Positions 19,230 to 30,877 are shown, counted from the stretch's first letter. The stretch: DNA of 64,000 bases from an uncultured virus (IMG/VR IMGVR_UViG_3300020385_000006) (IMGVR_UViG_3300020385_000006:62001-126000); one strand, 5' to 3'. A program made the numbers and translations. Notes: a model not told the origin generated them from the sequence alone.

Positions 19230-20393
19230 TTATCCTATATAAATTTTAAGTGGTATTTTATTCATTTGCTGTTGCATTGCATCAGATTCCGCCTGTTTAC
19301 GTTCCAATTGTGCTTGTCTAGACATTGTATCAAGCGTATCTTTAAGTTCTGTTATAAGGGCCTCTTTTTCGGTTTGTCCGGCTGATAATAAGTCGCTTCC
19401 GTTCAATGTTACTTCTGCGTTTGGTATTGGTATAGAAGAATATTTGCCTCTAATAAATCCTAACATTTCTTTTGCTAAAGCTAGTGTATATTTACGAATC
19501 CATTGTTTTCCAACATCGTTAACATTTTTATAAATTACATTATTATATGGAACATTTGAAAAATCGGAAATTGTACCAGTTGCTCCTTTCAAAGGATTAC
19601 TACGATCTGATTTTAAAATATAATGAAAGTATACTTTTGTAAAGTTTGCACCATTTGGTATAGGAAAGAACTTTATACGGTTATTGATAAGCTCGAAAGA
19701 ATATGCAGACTTTCGTATTTGATCGTTAAGTTCAATTGCCTGCATTCGTAATATATCTGCATATACAGGCATCATCATAAATGATACTCCTGGTGAATAT
19801 TGTCCCCAGCCAAATGTATCCATCATTTGTTGAGTTCCTAAACCTGTACCTACAAATGGATCAAAATATTTTACAATGGCAGGTGGGGGATCATGAAGTA
19901 ATTTTTTTATTTCTATGGCATCGGTTCCTGGTGTTCCAGACTCTAATGAAACAATTGAAGAATCGGTTAAATCATATATCTGTTGTCCAGATGTAACTGT
20001 GATAGATCCAGTATAATATGTAACATTTCCTCCAGAACCTGCTTCTACACCATACTCTTCTGCTAGTTCAATTATTCCGCCATGGCTAGGTGATACCTTT
20101 TGTCCAGTTAAATTACTTGAAGTACTAGAACCGTATAAATTTAACATGTTATCACGTATGTTATATGTGTTTAATTGAGCTCCATATTCTGATACCGATT
20201 CTTCAAAACAGGCAAAGAAATTGATTGGCTGTAATTCAATATCATTGATAGGATATCCCATACGTTTGGCACACCAATCAGCTATTTTATCTGCATCAGA
20301 CTGAAATTGAGTATCTGCGTCATATAATCCGAATGGTGTATCTCCACTAAAAAAAGATGAAGAACCTGGCCATATTGGTATCTTTTGTGCCAT
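19230..20393 (-). CDS. Neck/head-tail adaptor protein (gp13-like)
   Basis: RMGYPINDIEL, WIRKYTLALAKEMLGFIRGKY, VTLNGSDL. Confidence 0.8.
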   Translation of the reverse strand: MAQKIPIWPGSSSFFSGDTPFGLYDADTQFQSDADKIADWCAKRMGYPINDIELQPINFFACFEESVSEYGAQLNTYNIRDNMLNLYGSSTSSNLTGQKVSPSHGGIIELAEEYGVEAGSGGNVTYYTGSITVTSGQQIYDLTDSSIVSLESGTPGTDAIEIKKLLHDPPPAIVKYFDPFVGTGLGTQQMMDTFGWGQYSPGVSFMMMPVYADILRMQAIELNDQIRKSAYSFELINNRIKFFPIPNGANFTKVYFHYILKSDRSNPLKGATGTISDFSNVPYNNVIYKNVNDVGKQWIRKYTLALAKEMLGFIRGKYSSIPIPNAEVTLNGSDLLSAGQTEKEALITELKDTLDTMSRQAQLERKQAESDAMQQQMNKIPLKIYIG

Positions 20394-20408
20394 TAGAATT
20401 CCTTTTTA

Positions 20409-20417
20409 TATAAATAT
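20409..20417 (-). promoter_or_regulatory. Late-type motif ATATTTATA
   Basis: 15 nt upstream of neck gene. Confidence 0.65.
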
Positions 20418-20421
20418 TGAG

Positions 20422-23400
20422 TTATCCACAATGATAAGTGCATCCTACAAAAGCTTTTCTGTAAGTGGAGCCGGACCATTCAAATTCTATACAATCGTAA
20501 TTATCAGAATCTATTTGGAAATCACAGTCTTGAGTTATTTTGGCAACTGTGTAATTATGAAGTAAATCATCATCTTGTTTCATTCCTAGGCCCGGAATTG
20601 GCGATGTTGTGATATAATCACCATTTTCTAAATTACCAGAGGCATTTGTAACCCAGATAGCACCTTCTCCTAATGAATTAACAAAGATTCTATCTTCCGA
20701 ACCGGTTCCCATAAAAGAACATATATTTCCAGTAGGCTCATCTAAGGATTCTCCTTTGTATTCATACCTCCATACAACACCAAATACTTTCTTATCTTTG
20801 GCAATATTAGACATTTCAATAACAGGAACTGCTTCGCTGATATTAGGTCTTGATGAACTTATAGGTCGTTTTCTACTATTAGGATTATTATAACTACCAT
20901 TAGAACTAACAATAGTCCCTATAGGATATAAATTAGTATTACCATCGCCTTCTTTTGGAACTGATCTATGGTATCCAGTAAATGAAGTTAATAAATTTCT
21001 GAAATCGTCGTCACCACCATCGAAATCAGGGTGTAATTTTATACCTTGGTTACTGGAATCATCTTCTATATAAAGTGCTCCATTCGTTCCATATGTATTG
21101 GAAACACCAAATTGCCATTGTAATGCATTTCCGGTTGAAGTTAGTCCAAGAACGGATGTTGCTAAAGTTGCGTTATAATCTGGCCCAACTATATCTAATC
21201 TAGCAGCTGGAGAATTTTTTGATATTCCTACATCACCATTAGTATCAATTGTTAATCTGTCACTGCTTCCTAATTGCCCACCGTCGGAAATTTTAAATTT
21301 ATCGCCATCAGAATGATCAATTCCCATGGCATATTCTTGTATTCCTGTCAATCTGAATGTTTGCGTAGCATCACCGTCACCATCCTGGTTAATGCTGAAC
21401 TGTTTATCAGTATCGCTGTTATTTCTATATACTTCCAAGTTTGCTGAAGGAGATGATGTTCCAATACCTACATCACCATTACTGTTTATAACAAGATCAG
21501 TGCGACGATTGTCATTACCCATCATGATTTTACGAACTGATGAATTAGTAAATATTTCCATTCCATCAGTAGATAAATATATATTACCATTGTATGTGGA
21601 ATTATTACCTGATTCAACATGAAAAAGGAATTTAGTAGAATCAGAACTGTTTTCGTTCTGTATCTGGAAGTAATCTGTGTCCATTATTACATAATCTGTA
21701 CTAGAGTTTTCATTTAAACGTAACATCTTACGATTACCGGCATAGAATTCTATATCATCTGAGGTAAATTCTATTTTGGTATCGGAATCACCAATATGTC
21801 CTATCTCATCCATTATATTAACACTGGTTGCATATATTTGGCCACTAGCGCTAATATCATTACCACATGATACTTTTCCAGATATATGAGCTTCACCTGC
21901 GACCTCTAATGCAAAGCTTGGATTACAATTAATACCTAATTGGTGGTTTGTACCATCCCAAAATAGGGCATCTTCTCCGTACACTTGTTTATATCCATCT
22001 TGCGAGCCTACAAAATTATCGCCTGGATGATCGGCTACTAATAATCGCGCAATGCCGGAAGTTATTGTATCAATATCAACATGATCTGCGTTAGTGGCAT
22101 TTGCCATTGTAACCGTTTGTATGTCCGGTGTTTTAACCCATAAGGTATTATAACTATAAGTGCTCCAATTAAGCACTACCAAACTCACATATCCATCCGC
22201 GGTTGCCGTATAATCATATTCATAAGTTACCCATGATGTGGATACAGCTCCATTATCATGCCAGTTTTCGATGCCAGTATCATCTTCTTGCACAAATGGC
22301 GATGATGATCCGGCATTATTGGACACATGAGTCTTACCATTTGGCATGTCACCGTTATGTTGATACAGTCGTAAATATGCTCCATTGGTATCCACAACAG
22401 AACCTTTGATCATTGTGGTGAATCGTTTTGTTTCACCGGATTTCATGTACACTGCACGGAATGCAGCTCCAATTGCATTGTCAGTCGCGCTGTATATTTT
22501 TATGGCATCTTCGGACTGATCCCATATCACATTGGCTTCTGTAGCACCGCCGAATGCTGGTTCCCATCCAGCTTCGCGTGCCATTGTGATCTCTATTTCT
22601 GTTTCTGTGAATCCATCGACATCTGCGGAAGTTATGTAACCAGCACCATTTGTTAACTGATTGTTATTGGTTGGTATAGTGGTTGAATTAAATGCATTAG
22701 AGCCTAATTCTCTAGTACCAACGTTACCGGAACTATCTATCATCAATGAAGTGTTTTCAGAATTTTGAGTAGAAAGAGCTGTTAATTGCAAATCTCCTAC
22801 TGATAATATTCCTGATTCATTTAAGGTAAGCAATGTGTTTGCAGTTCCAGTTGTATGTTTACCAATACTAAATGTATTTGTGCCATTATTATTACTATCA
22901 ATATTAATTCTAACATGACCATAACTGTTTATAGTAATGTTATCATTATAGGTACCATTATTTGTGGATGTTATGGAATGGTTAAAATTGGTTCCGTAAT
23001 TATCAGAATCCCATGTAAAGAATATGCCGCCCATTCTATATAGCTTGGTGCTTTGATTATTCACATACCTACCATAAATGTCCCCTGCAAATGTTATATC
23101 ACCAGTTGCTGTATCATCCTGATCTGATCTTAAGAATTGCAGAGAATCTATTCCGTCCAATGTATCAGCGTTAGTTGCAGAAGTAGCTGTGTCTGCATTT
23201 CCAGTTAAGGTACCTACTATATTTGGCACTGTTAATGTGTTTGAACTCGGATTATATGTTAAACTATTTACCGAATCCTTTGCCATTGCAAAGTTTCCGG
23301 CTGCAGTACTAGTGCCAAACTGAAAAGGTATTGGATAATTATCGTTATTCGTAGTGGTAGATAAATTAACATGTAGCGCATTTGTAGCCTGTCCGGCAAA

Positions 23401-26400
23401 CTGAGAAGCTAAATTTCCATCACCATCAGTAGTTAATAAATTTGCAGTTTTTAAATTTCCAGATGAATCTTGCACCACAATTAAATCTGAGGAGCTTCCG
23501 GCTACTAAACTGTTTAACAGCAACTTACCAACCGTTAACGTGTCTGTGCCAGGGTTATATTTGAAGGCTGCATCTGCTTTTAAACTTTCATTACCACCAT
23601 CCGGAGATGTATCATCAATAAATGTTATTGGATGTTCGGCATTGCCGGAATCTGCAGTTACTTTCACGTTACTAGCGTTAGTAGCAGTTCCAGTTAACGC
23701 GCCAGAAAATGTAGTGGAATAAAGTATATTATTTGTAGCATTGAAATAAAGCGCGCTATCTTCAAAAACAGATTTGAATCCGGCTGAGCTATCCAACGTG
23801 AATAGTATTGGACAGTTTGTATCACCGGTATCTTTATTGTTTATGTTAACCTTGGTGGCATTGGTGGCGTTAGTGGCGTTAGTTGCATCTAATGCGTTTT
23901 GGGCGAAATTTGCAGAGTCTGCATTTCCAGTTAAATCTCCTGTTACATCACCTGTTAGATTAGCAGAGATATTAGGAACTGTTAATGTGTTAGTGGAAGG
24001 ATTATATTGTAGACCACCGTTATTATCTACCATCATATATTGGTTACCAGATGTGCCGGCGAACATACCAATATTAAAGTCCATGGCAGTATTATTTGTC
24101 GGTGTTGTACCAACTGTAACAGCTGATGTCGCTGTATCAGCATTTCCGGTTAATGTTCCTATAAATCCGGTGGCAGTAACGTTTCCTGTCGAAGGATTAT
24201 ATGTTAAAGTACCATCTGATTCTAAACCTAAGTTACCACCTGCCACAGCTCCTCCGGCTGTAAATATAAGTGCATTATTTTCATTTGTAGATTCATTATC
24301 AGTTATAGTAACAGTAGTTGCAACAGTAGCTGTGTCAGAATTTCCAGTTACATTGCCAGTTACAATTAAACTACCGGTTATGGAAACTGATCCTGTAAAT
24401 TGATGAAATGCTTCAGCTGGGTCTGTATCGTGACCAAATATAGATGACCCAGAACGCACTACTATTTGATCTTCTATTATTTGGTATCCATTATGAGCCG
24501 TACTACCACCAATAATATGATTACCTGCGGTATATAAATCTCCGGAACCACTTATATCTCCTTGCACTGTCAATGCTTTTGGTGGAGTTGTAGTTCCTAT
24601 ACCTAAGTTAGTATTATCAAAGTAACTTATGTCTTTACCAACTTTTAATACTTTAGTTCCTGCATTTGCCGTGGCACTACCATAACTAAAAAAGGCTATT
24701 GGTTGATCGGTGCTTGTATTGGCAGATTGCACATAAAGCGGTGAATTACCTGCACTATTTCTTGTTATCAAACTGTAATCAGTAGTGCTTGTGTCAGTAC
24801 GGAATGCATCGCTAGTTGTTATTCCATTCACATCTAATTTTGTAGCTGGAGAAGTAGTTCCAATACCGACATTACCAGATGCGGAAACAAACATTCTGGT
24901 TGTGTTATTAGTTTCAAGAAATATAGAAGCATTATCTACTTTCAATTTAATATCTTTATTACCACCGCCATCTGTTAAAGTTACTGCACTATCTATCCAT
25001 CCAATATGCGCTCTACTTCCATTGAATGATATTTTAGCAGAATCTCCAATGGCATTGTCATCGGTGTCTATATAAACAACAGTATCATTGGTAGAACCTT
25101 TTACATGGAGCGGGCCACTTGGTGTAGATGTTCCTATACCAACTTTACCATCTCCTTTTATTGTTAATCTATCTTCATTAGCAGTTTTTAAATTTATAGC
25201 TCTTCCATCACTATTATGGCCAATATCAAGACCTGTATCATCCATATCAATTGATGTAACATATCCTGAATTCTTTGTAAGTTCTAATAAATTAGTTCCT
25301 GATGAGGCTGATATATGTAATTTTGCTGATGGTGATGTAATTCCTATACCAACATTACCACCATTATAATATGAATCGCCGGCGGCGGATATCTGTACTT
25401 TAGAAGTGGTGTCGCTATATAGTTTTAATAAACCAGGATTAGTATTTCCATAATTAATAGCAACACCAGATGCATGATCGGCATGTAAGTGGAAATTACC
25501 ACCTCCTTGATTTATACTAGATTCCCTTCCATGAGAGCTTTCAAATTTTATAGTAGATTCAGGGGCATAAACATGCAATGGTGTGTTAGGAATATTAGTT
25601 CCTATACCAACGTTAACAGATGAACTTAAATATGTGGTACCATTGTACCAAAGATTGGATTGAGATAAAAGAGTTGCATCTGTAACAGAATCGGCTACCA
25701 ATGCATGAGATACACTTCCAGATAAACTTCCGGTAAATGATATAGCTTTAACATTGCCGGCAACTTCTAAAGTTGCATCAGGAGTAGCTGTTCCAATACC
25801 AACTTTACCATCTTTGGTAATACGCATTTTTTCGGTATTACCAACAACTTCTTTGTACGTTTTAAAGGCTATATCTCTACCAGTAGTACCATCAGCATCA
25901 TTATAATGAACTCCTATGCCTCCATCACCATTGTTGAAAGTTAACAAGCATCCATCACCACCTCTAACATCAATATTACCATTTACAGTAAACTTTTGAT
26001 ATAATGTAGTATTAAGTCCAATACCAACTTTACCACCGTTGTTTATATAGCTATCAGTACCATTTTCGCCGTATAGACTAATTTTATTATTACCGGCAGA
26101 ATCTCTTATTATAAGTGAACCATCTCCGGAACTATCTGATCCTAATACGGCTACCTTTTTATTACTAGTGTTTTTTACACTTATATAAGTAGCGTTACCA
26201 TACACTTGTAATTTATCGTTAGGAGTAGGAGTTCCAATACCTACGTTACCAGTTGAAGTAATACGTGCAAATTCGTTAGGCCCATTTTCAAATCTGATGA
26301 TAGCACCATTAATTTCTACATTACCCCATTTGCCTCCGTTATAACCTATATTAAGAGTAGAAGTGTTATCAGTTAAAGGAGATAAGTAGGAATCAGTTCT

Positions 26401-26712
26401 ATTAAAAAATACACCATTCCCCCTATAGTTTGCATAAGAATCGTCTGTATGTACTACTTTTATAATACCATCAACTTCTAATTTTTCTCCTGGTGCATTA
26501 GTTCCTATACCAACATTACCATCAGGTTTAATTCTTAGTTTTTCTGAGCCATCAGTCGTAAATGCTATACCATTAGTCTCCGGTTGAAATATACCGGTAT
26601 CGGTATCATCGATAAATGAATAGGCTGGGACGCTGGCTGTACCATCGTCCGTACGTATTCGTATTAAATCTGCAGAACTTCCGCTATGTATTATTTTTTT
26701 CCATCCAGCCAC
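20422..26712 (-). CDS. Long tail fibre (2096 aa) with G(N/K/D)VGIG repeats and C-terminal chaperone-like domain
   Basis: Repeated G(N/K/D)VGIG units; TGNADTAT and YNPS repeats; C-terminal FTGYH...NSLGEGAIWV...FVGCTYHCG. Confidence 0.85.
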   Translation of the reverse strand: MAGWKKIIHSGSSADLIRIRTDDGTASVPAYSFIDDTDTGIFQPETNGIAFTTDGSEKLRIKPDGNVGIGTNAPGEKLEVDGIIKVVHTDDSYANYRGNGVFFNRTDSYLSPLTDNTSTLNIGYNGGKWGNVEINGAIIRFENGPNEFARITSTGNVGIGTPTPNDKLQVYGNATYISVKNTSNKKVAVLGSDSSGDGSLIIRDSAGNNKISLYGENGTDSYINNGGKVGIGLNTTLYQKFTVNGNIDVRGGDGCLLTFNNGDGGIGVHYNDADGTTGRDIAFKTYKEVVGNTEKMRITKDGKVGIGTATPDATLEVAGNVKAISFTGSLSGSVSHALVADSVTDATLLSQSNLWYNGTTYLSSSVNVGIGTNIPNTPLHVYAPESTIKFESSHGRESSINQGGGNFHLHADHASGVAINYGNTNPGLLKLYSDTTSKVQISAAGDSYYNGGNVGIGITSPSAKLHISASSGTNLLELTKNSGYVTSIDMDDTGLDIGHNSDGRAINLKTANEDRLTIKGDGKVGIGTSTPSGPLHVKGSTNDTVVYIDTDDNAIGDSAKISFNGSRAHIGWIDSAVTLTDGGGNKDIKLKVDNASIFLETNNTTRMFVSASGNVGIGTTSPATKLDVNGITTSDAFRTDTSTTDYSLITRNSAGNSPLYVQSANTSTDQPIAFFSYGSATANAGTKVLKVGKDISYFDNTNLGIGTTTPPKALTVQGDISGSGDLYTAGNHIIGGSTAHNGYQIIEDQIVVRSGSSIFGHDTDPAEAFHQFTGSVSITGSLIVTGNVTGNSDTATVATTVTITDNESTNENNALIFTAGGAVAGGNLGLESDGTLTYNPSTGNVTATGFIGTLTGNADTATSAVTVGTTPTNNTAMDFNIGMFAGTSGNQYMMVDNNGGLQYNPSTNTLTVPNISANLTGDVTGDLTGNADSANFAQNALDATNATNATNATKVNINNKDTGDTNCPILFTLDSSAGFKSVFEDSALYFNATNNILYSTTFSGALTGTATNASNVKVTADSGNAEHPITFIDDTSPDGGNESLKADAAFKYNPGTDTLTVGKLLLNSLVAGSSSDLIVVQDSSGNLKTANLLTTDGDGNLASQFAGQATNALHVNLSTTTNNDNYPIPFQFGTSTAAGNFAMAKDSVNSLTYNPSSNTLTVPNIVGTLTGNADTATSATNADTLDGIDSLQFLRSDQDDTATGDITFAGDIYGRYVNNQSTKLYRMGGIFFTWDSDNYGTNFNHSITSTNNGTYNDNITINSYGHVRINIDSNNNGTNTFSIGKHTTGTANTLLTLNESGILSVGDLQLTALSTQNSENTSLMIDSSGNVGTRELGSNAFNSTTIPTNNNQLTNGAGYITSADVDGFTETEIEITMAREAGWEPAFGGATEANVIWDQSEDAIKIYSATDNAIGAAFRAVYMKSGETKRFTTMIKGSVVDTNGAYLRLYQHNGDMPNGKTHVSNNAGSSSPFVQEDDTGIENWHDNGAVSTSWVTYEYDYTATADGYVSLVVLNWSTYSYNTLWVKTPDIQTVTMANATNADHVDIDTITSGIARLLVADHPGDNFVGSQDGYKQVYGEDALFWDGTNHQLGINCNPSFALEVAGEAHISGKVSCGNDISASGQIYATSVNIMDEIGHIGDSDTKIEFTSDDIEFYAGNRKMLRLNENSSTDYVIMDTDYFQIQNENSSDSTKFLFHVESGNNSTYNGNIYLSTDGMEIFTNSSVRKIMMGNDNRRTDLVINSNGDVGIGTSSPSANLEVYRNNSDTDKQFSINQDGDGDATQTFRLTGIQEYAMGIDHSDGDKFKISDGGQLGSSDRLTIDTNGDVGISKNSPAARLDIVGPDYNATLATSVLGLTSTGNALQWQFGVSNTYGTNGALYIEDDSSNQGIKLHPDFDGGDDDFRNLLTSFTGYHRSVPKEGDGNTNLYPIGTIVSSNGSYNNPNSRKRPISSSRPNISEAVPVIEMSNIAKDKKVFGVVWRYEYKGESLDEPTGNICSFMGTGSEDRIFVNSLGEGAIWVTNASGNLENGDYITTSPIPGLGMKQDDDLLHNYTVAKITQDCDFQIDSDNYDCIEFEWSGSTYRKAFVGCTYHCG

Positions 26713-26768
26713 GTATTGATTGTCCTTTTATAATATATAATATAATAAAACTTTGCCAGATAACAAAA

Positions 26769-26933
26769 TTATTCTACTAATAAGTTTTGTAATTTTACTG
26801 CGGATGTGTATACTACTTGCACATCTTTTCCTTCAAATGTTGAATCTGCAATCAGTTTCAATAAAAATTCTAATTCTTCTTTTTCTAATGGTTTTGATTT
26901 TGGTGATTTTTTTTGTTTGTCTAATAAACCCAT
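26769..26933 (-). CDS. Small hypothetical protein (54 aa; not in ORF track)
   Basis: Manual translation MGLLDKQKKSPKSKPLEKEELEFLLKLIADSTFEGKDVQVVYTSAVKLQNLLVE; AAGGAG SD; fills the intergenic gap. Confidence 0.75.
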   Translation of the reverse strand: MGLLDKQKKSPKSKPLEKEELEFLLKLIADSTFEGKDVQVVYTSAVKLQNLLVE

Positions 26934-26949
26934 TGTAACTCCTTTTTAG

Positions 26950-29301
26950 TTATGCGTATATCCATATTTCTTCTGTTGATCTGTTAACCCACATTTCTCC
27001 ATGACGAGCATTGGCAGTACTACCAAATGTCGGAAAATTGCTTCCACCAGGATTGGTGGTTTCAATTTGAGTGGAAGTAATGAAAGTGCTTGGCGTTTCT
27101 GATGTATCAGTTAAACTAATATTTGCTAAATTTAATCCCCATCTACCTGAACCTTCATCCCAGAAGAGATTGGCATCCGCGGCAGACCCTCTTTTAATAC
27201 TTATACCAGCATCTTGATCAGGAGCATCAGAAGCATTTGTTCCATTTGCTCCAAAATTGGCATTCAGATCAATAAAATTGTCATCTATTGTCAATGTTTC
27301 AGTGTTAATGAAAGTTGTGGTTCCTTGAACGGTGAAGTTTCCGGCTACTGTTAAAGCACCTGGTACAGAAATAGTGGTATCAGAAGTACCCATTGTTAAT
27401 GTGTTGTTACCAACTGTAGCAAATATGGTATGACTTGCAGCTGTTAAGTCTAGGCCTTCTAAGCCGGCCAAGTTGGTTTCGGTGGTTCCTAATGTAATAG
27501 TGGTGGAACCAATTGTTATGGCATCCTCTGCCAAAGATGCAAGAGTTACTGTGCCCTCACCAAACGTTGATGGATCTAATGTTATAACTGATCCGTCAAT
27601 ACCAAAACCGGTACCTAACACATCAACAAGTGCATTAATTATAGTTGTTTTCTTATGAAGATTATCAGAAACATCGTATATTGCAATGTAATCGCCATCT
27701 GCAACAGTGCTTTCATTTGACAATCCATTGATATCTAATGCCAAGTTTTCTGAGCCGTCATCTTTTAAACCAGTTCCGGCAAAATCTGAAACATCTACTT
27801 TAAATACACCGCCGGCGGCAGCTATACCATTACCGGCCATAAAAGCTGCTAGATCTACAACAGATTCTTTTTTAGTGTCGTTATCAGTAGCGCTAGTGTC
27901 TATAAATGCTATATAATCATTAGCAACATCAATAGGAACTTCAGCAACTTCAGATAAATCAACTTTTAATGCAGAATTACCGCCGCCAGTTAAACCGACA
28001 CCTGCTACTGCGGTGGAAATTTCGGCTACGCCAACTGAATTGTTGGCTAATGTTATTGCTCCGCCGGCTGCAACTGCCACATCTGTAGATGCTGCATCTA
28101 TATTGCTAAATATCTGATCTTCTAAATTGCTGAACTGAATTTTCTTTTCAGCACCATTATCTGAATATATTAATAAATCGGTTTGGTCAATAGTAGTTCC
28201 TGAGTTAGACAATCCATCAATATCTAATCCAGTTGCAGAAACATTTTCTAATCCGCTACCATCACCAGTAAATGTACCAGCTGTAATATTATCACCAGTA
28301 GTTAAACTTCCTGTAATTGTTACAGATCCAGTAAACTGATGTGATATTTCGGATGGCATTGAACCTGAACCAAATATAGTTGAACCAGAACGAACCACTA
28401 TCCGATCTTCAAATAATTCTACACCGTTAAATATAAGACTTCCGTTAACAACGGTATCTGTATTTAATTCTGTTAAAGTTTCAATGTTTAATTTAGAAGC
28501 TGTTATAGTATTAAATGTGGCTGTACCACCAAATGTATGAACGCCATTGTCTCCGCTTGCGCTCACATTGCCAGTAGCAGTGATATTATCAAAGTTAGCT
28601 GAATCGGCTGGAGAAAATGCAGTTGATGATATACTATATACTGTACCGCCATTCGAGTTAACGGTTGGTGTTACAGTAATATTAGCGCCCGGAGCTACAA
28701 TAGATGATGTGGCTGCTTTAATAGTGGCAATGGTATCATTAGTTCCAGAAAGTGTTACTGTAACATTTTCACCTCCAATTAATGATTTTGTCACAGCTGT
28801 AATTGTGGCAACGGTATCACTAGTTCCAGACAACGCCACAGTGACATTATCACCTGCAACAATTGATTTTGTTACAGCAGTAATTGTAGTGGAAGCTGCG
28901 GAAGGAGTTAATGTAATATTGTCGCCGGCAACAATTGATTTTGTTACTGCCTTTATTCCAAGAAAATCACCTTGCGTTGATCCTGAAACAGTTAAAGTAA
29001 TATTACCGGTATTAACATATGTTATATTTGAATTTACTGATGCTGAAAGTACTGTTCCTACACCAGTAAATGTAGATGAATTATCAATTGATGTGGTTGC
29101 ATATGCATGTGCTTGTGATATGGCACCGGCTACTGTTGCCTGAGTAGCTTTCTTTACATTACCAGATGCATCTACAACTAATACATTTTCGGTATTATCC
29201 GATGTATCTGCTATATTTGTTATTTGTATACCATGAGAAGCAGTTACGTGTGTTAATTCTGCACTACTACCTGATACTATTACTTTTTTCCATTCAGCCA
29301 T
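26950..29301 (-). CDS. Tail fibre-like protein (783 aa)
   Basis: N-terminus MAEWKKVIVSGSSAEL shared with the 2096-aa fibre; VTKSIVAGDN repeats; GNFTVQGTTTFINTETLTIDDNFIDLN fibre motif. Confidence 0.75.
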   Translation of the reverse strand: MAEWKKVIVSGSSAELTHVTASHGIQITNIADTSDNTENVLVVDASGNVKKATQATVAGAISQAHAYATTSIDNSSTFTGVGTVLSASVNSNITYVNTGNITLTVSGSTQGDFLGIKAVTKSIVAGDNITLTPSAASTTITAVTKSIVAGDNVTVALSGTSDTVATITAVTKSLIGGENVTVTLSGTNDTIATIKAATSSIVAPGANITVTPTVNSNGGTVYSISSTAFSPADSANFDNITATGNVSASGDNGVHTFGGTATFNTITASKLNIETLTELNTDTVVNGSLIFNGVELFEDRIVVRSGSTIFGSGSMPSEISHQFTGSVTITGSLTTGDNITAGTFTGDGSGLENVSATGLDIDGLSNSGTTIDQTDLLIYSDNGAEKKIQFSNLEDQIFSNIDAASTDVAVAAGGAITLANNSVGVAEISTAVAGVGLTGGGNSALKVDLSEVAEVPIDVANDYIAFIDTSATDNDTKKESVVDLAAFMAGNGIAAAGGVFKVDVSDFAGTGLKDDGSENLALDINGLSNESTVADGDYIAIYDVSDNLHKKTTIINALVDVLGTGFGIDGSVITLDPSTFGEGTVTLASLAEDAITIGSTTITLGTTETNLAGLEGLDLTAASHTIFATVGNNTLTMGTSDTTISVPGALTVAGNFTVQGTTTFINTETLTIDDNFIDLNANFGANGTNASDAPDQDAGISIKRGSAADANLFWDEGSGRWGLNLANISLTDTSETPSTFITSTQIETTNPGGSNFPTFGSTANARHGEMWVNRSTEEIWIYA

Positions 29302-29317
29302 TTTATTGTTTCCTTAT

Positions 29318-30853
29318 TTAACTATACTGTCCATCTGATCCTGTTATATATGCTGCTAATCCCGGGCTTACAGCACCTTTTGCAAAAGCGTCATTACCAA
29401 CACCTGCATTTGAAAATGAAAATCCGTTCCACCTAGGTGCTGCGGTAATTACTTCTCTAGAGGATGAATGTGCACTTACAAATGGATTTTCAAAATAATC
29501 GGTTCCAAAAACTGTGTTTCCTCGCATTCCATCTCCTGCTACATGCACAGTTCCTGATACAGGTAATCCACCTTTAAAATTACCATCTGATAATGTTGTC
29601 GGGTAATGAACTAATTGCATTGTATAATATCCACCAGATGCCGGTGCTGATAATTTATCATCTAAAAATATATGTGATCCAGATTTTATACCTTGAATAC
29701 TATCTGCAAATGGTAACATCGTAACCGGTGTAATTGATCCAGATGTTCCGTATGGTCCCATTAAACCTCCAGATCCAGATGCCCAGTATAATGTTGTACG
29801 TTTAATTGGAGAATATGCTGCAACGCTAATGTTATTATTATGCACACCTACCAATGTTTCAAATCGTAACGAATGAAAAAATGATCCACTTGCCACTACT
29901 GTATCATATGGAAATGTTAATAATTCACGATTAGAAGCAAATAATCGATTGTTTACTGATGCTGAATTAAATAATCCGGTAAATTGGGCTTCATCACCGT
30001 CGCCAAATATATTTGCAGCAACTATAGTACTGTTAAACCCGGCTGAAGATTGTAATGTAATTGAACCGGTTTTAGAAGCTGATGGCACACGATATTCATA
30101 ATATTCAAATTTTCCGGCGTCGATGCGAGATGCAGTAGCTGATGCTAAACTTGGATTAGTTATATTACTTGAACTAGTATATTCTGATATAAATGATCCA
30201 GTACTTGACCCAGATGCAAATGTTCTAATAAAAAATGATGCAGTTGCATCAAATTGATGTAATTCATTTCCATGAGCTCCATCTATATGACAACCGCTTT
30301 CTGAATTTGCAAATGACCATGATGCTCCGGTATTAAATGATGAACTGTTAATAAATTCCCAATCAACATAACCAGAAGTATTTGCAATTGCAGAAAAACT
30401 TAGTTTTGAACCAGTTTGTATAGAATATGAACCAGTTATTATTCCATCTTCACCATCTTCTGCTAAAATTACTACAAAATCTGCAGGGAATGTTACCCTA
30501 CCAAATATGCTAGCACTGGCTTGTAGATAAGCATTTGAGCTCATTTCATCGGCCATACGTTCATTTAATTTCGATTTATAATCAGGTGTCGGGACTGGGT
30601 CATAAAAAAATGATTGAGAAATACCACCTACGACTACATTTGGTATACGTATTGGTGGGCTAGATACTCCATCGACTATTGGAGTGTCTTTTCGTTTCAT
30701 ACGTTTATAAAATTTATGTTTTGATCCACGTGGATCTTTTAAAGCAAATGGAACACGCTGCTTACCGGTAAAAGTACCTTTAATAGTGCCGGCGGCTATA
30801 GAAGCACTTAATTCTGCATATGTTTTTACTTCAAATCCTCTAAATTTTGCCAT
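29318..30853 (-). CDS. Ser/Gly-rich virion structural protein (511 aa)
   Basis: Late motif upstream; dense SGS/TGS/SAS content. Confidence 0.6.
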   Translation of the reverse strand: MAKFRGFEVKTYAELSASIAAGTIKGTFTGKQRVPFALKDPRGSKHKFYKRMKRKDTPIVDGVSSPPIRIPNVVVGGISQSFFYDPVPTPDYKSKLNERMADEMSSNAYLQASASIFGRVTFPADFVVILAEDGEDGIITGSYSIQTGSKLSFSAIANTSGYVDWEFINSSSFNTGASWSFANSESGCHIDGAHGNELHQFDATASFFIRTFASGSSTGSFISEYTSSSNITNPSLASATASRIDAGKFEYYEYRVPSASKTGSITLQSSAGFNSTIVAANIFGDGDEAQFTGLFNSASVNNRLFASNRELLTFPYDTVVASGSFFHSLRFETLVGVHNNNISVAAYSPIKRTTLYWASGSGGLMGPYGTSGSITPVTMLPFADSIQGIKSGSHIFLDDKLSAPASGGYYTMQLVHYPTTLSDGNFKGGLPVSGTVHVAGDGMRGNTVFGTDYFENPFVSAHSSSREVITAAPRWNGFSFSNAGVGNDAFAKGAVSPGLAAYITGSDGQYS

Positions 30854-30877
30854 AGTACAACTTTTTATTTTATTTAT

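Noticed and set aside
26729..26768. Promoter upstream of the 2096-aa fibre
   Set aside because: AT-rich tract loosely fits either class (19-nt spacer, no TGAAA); too ambiguous to call
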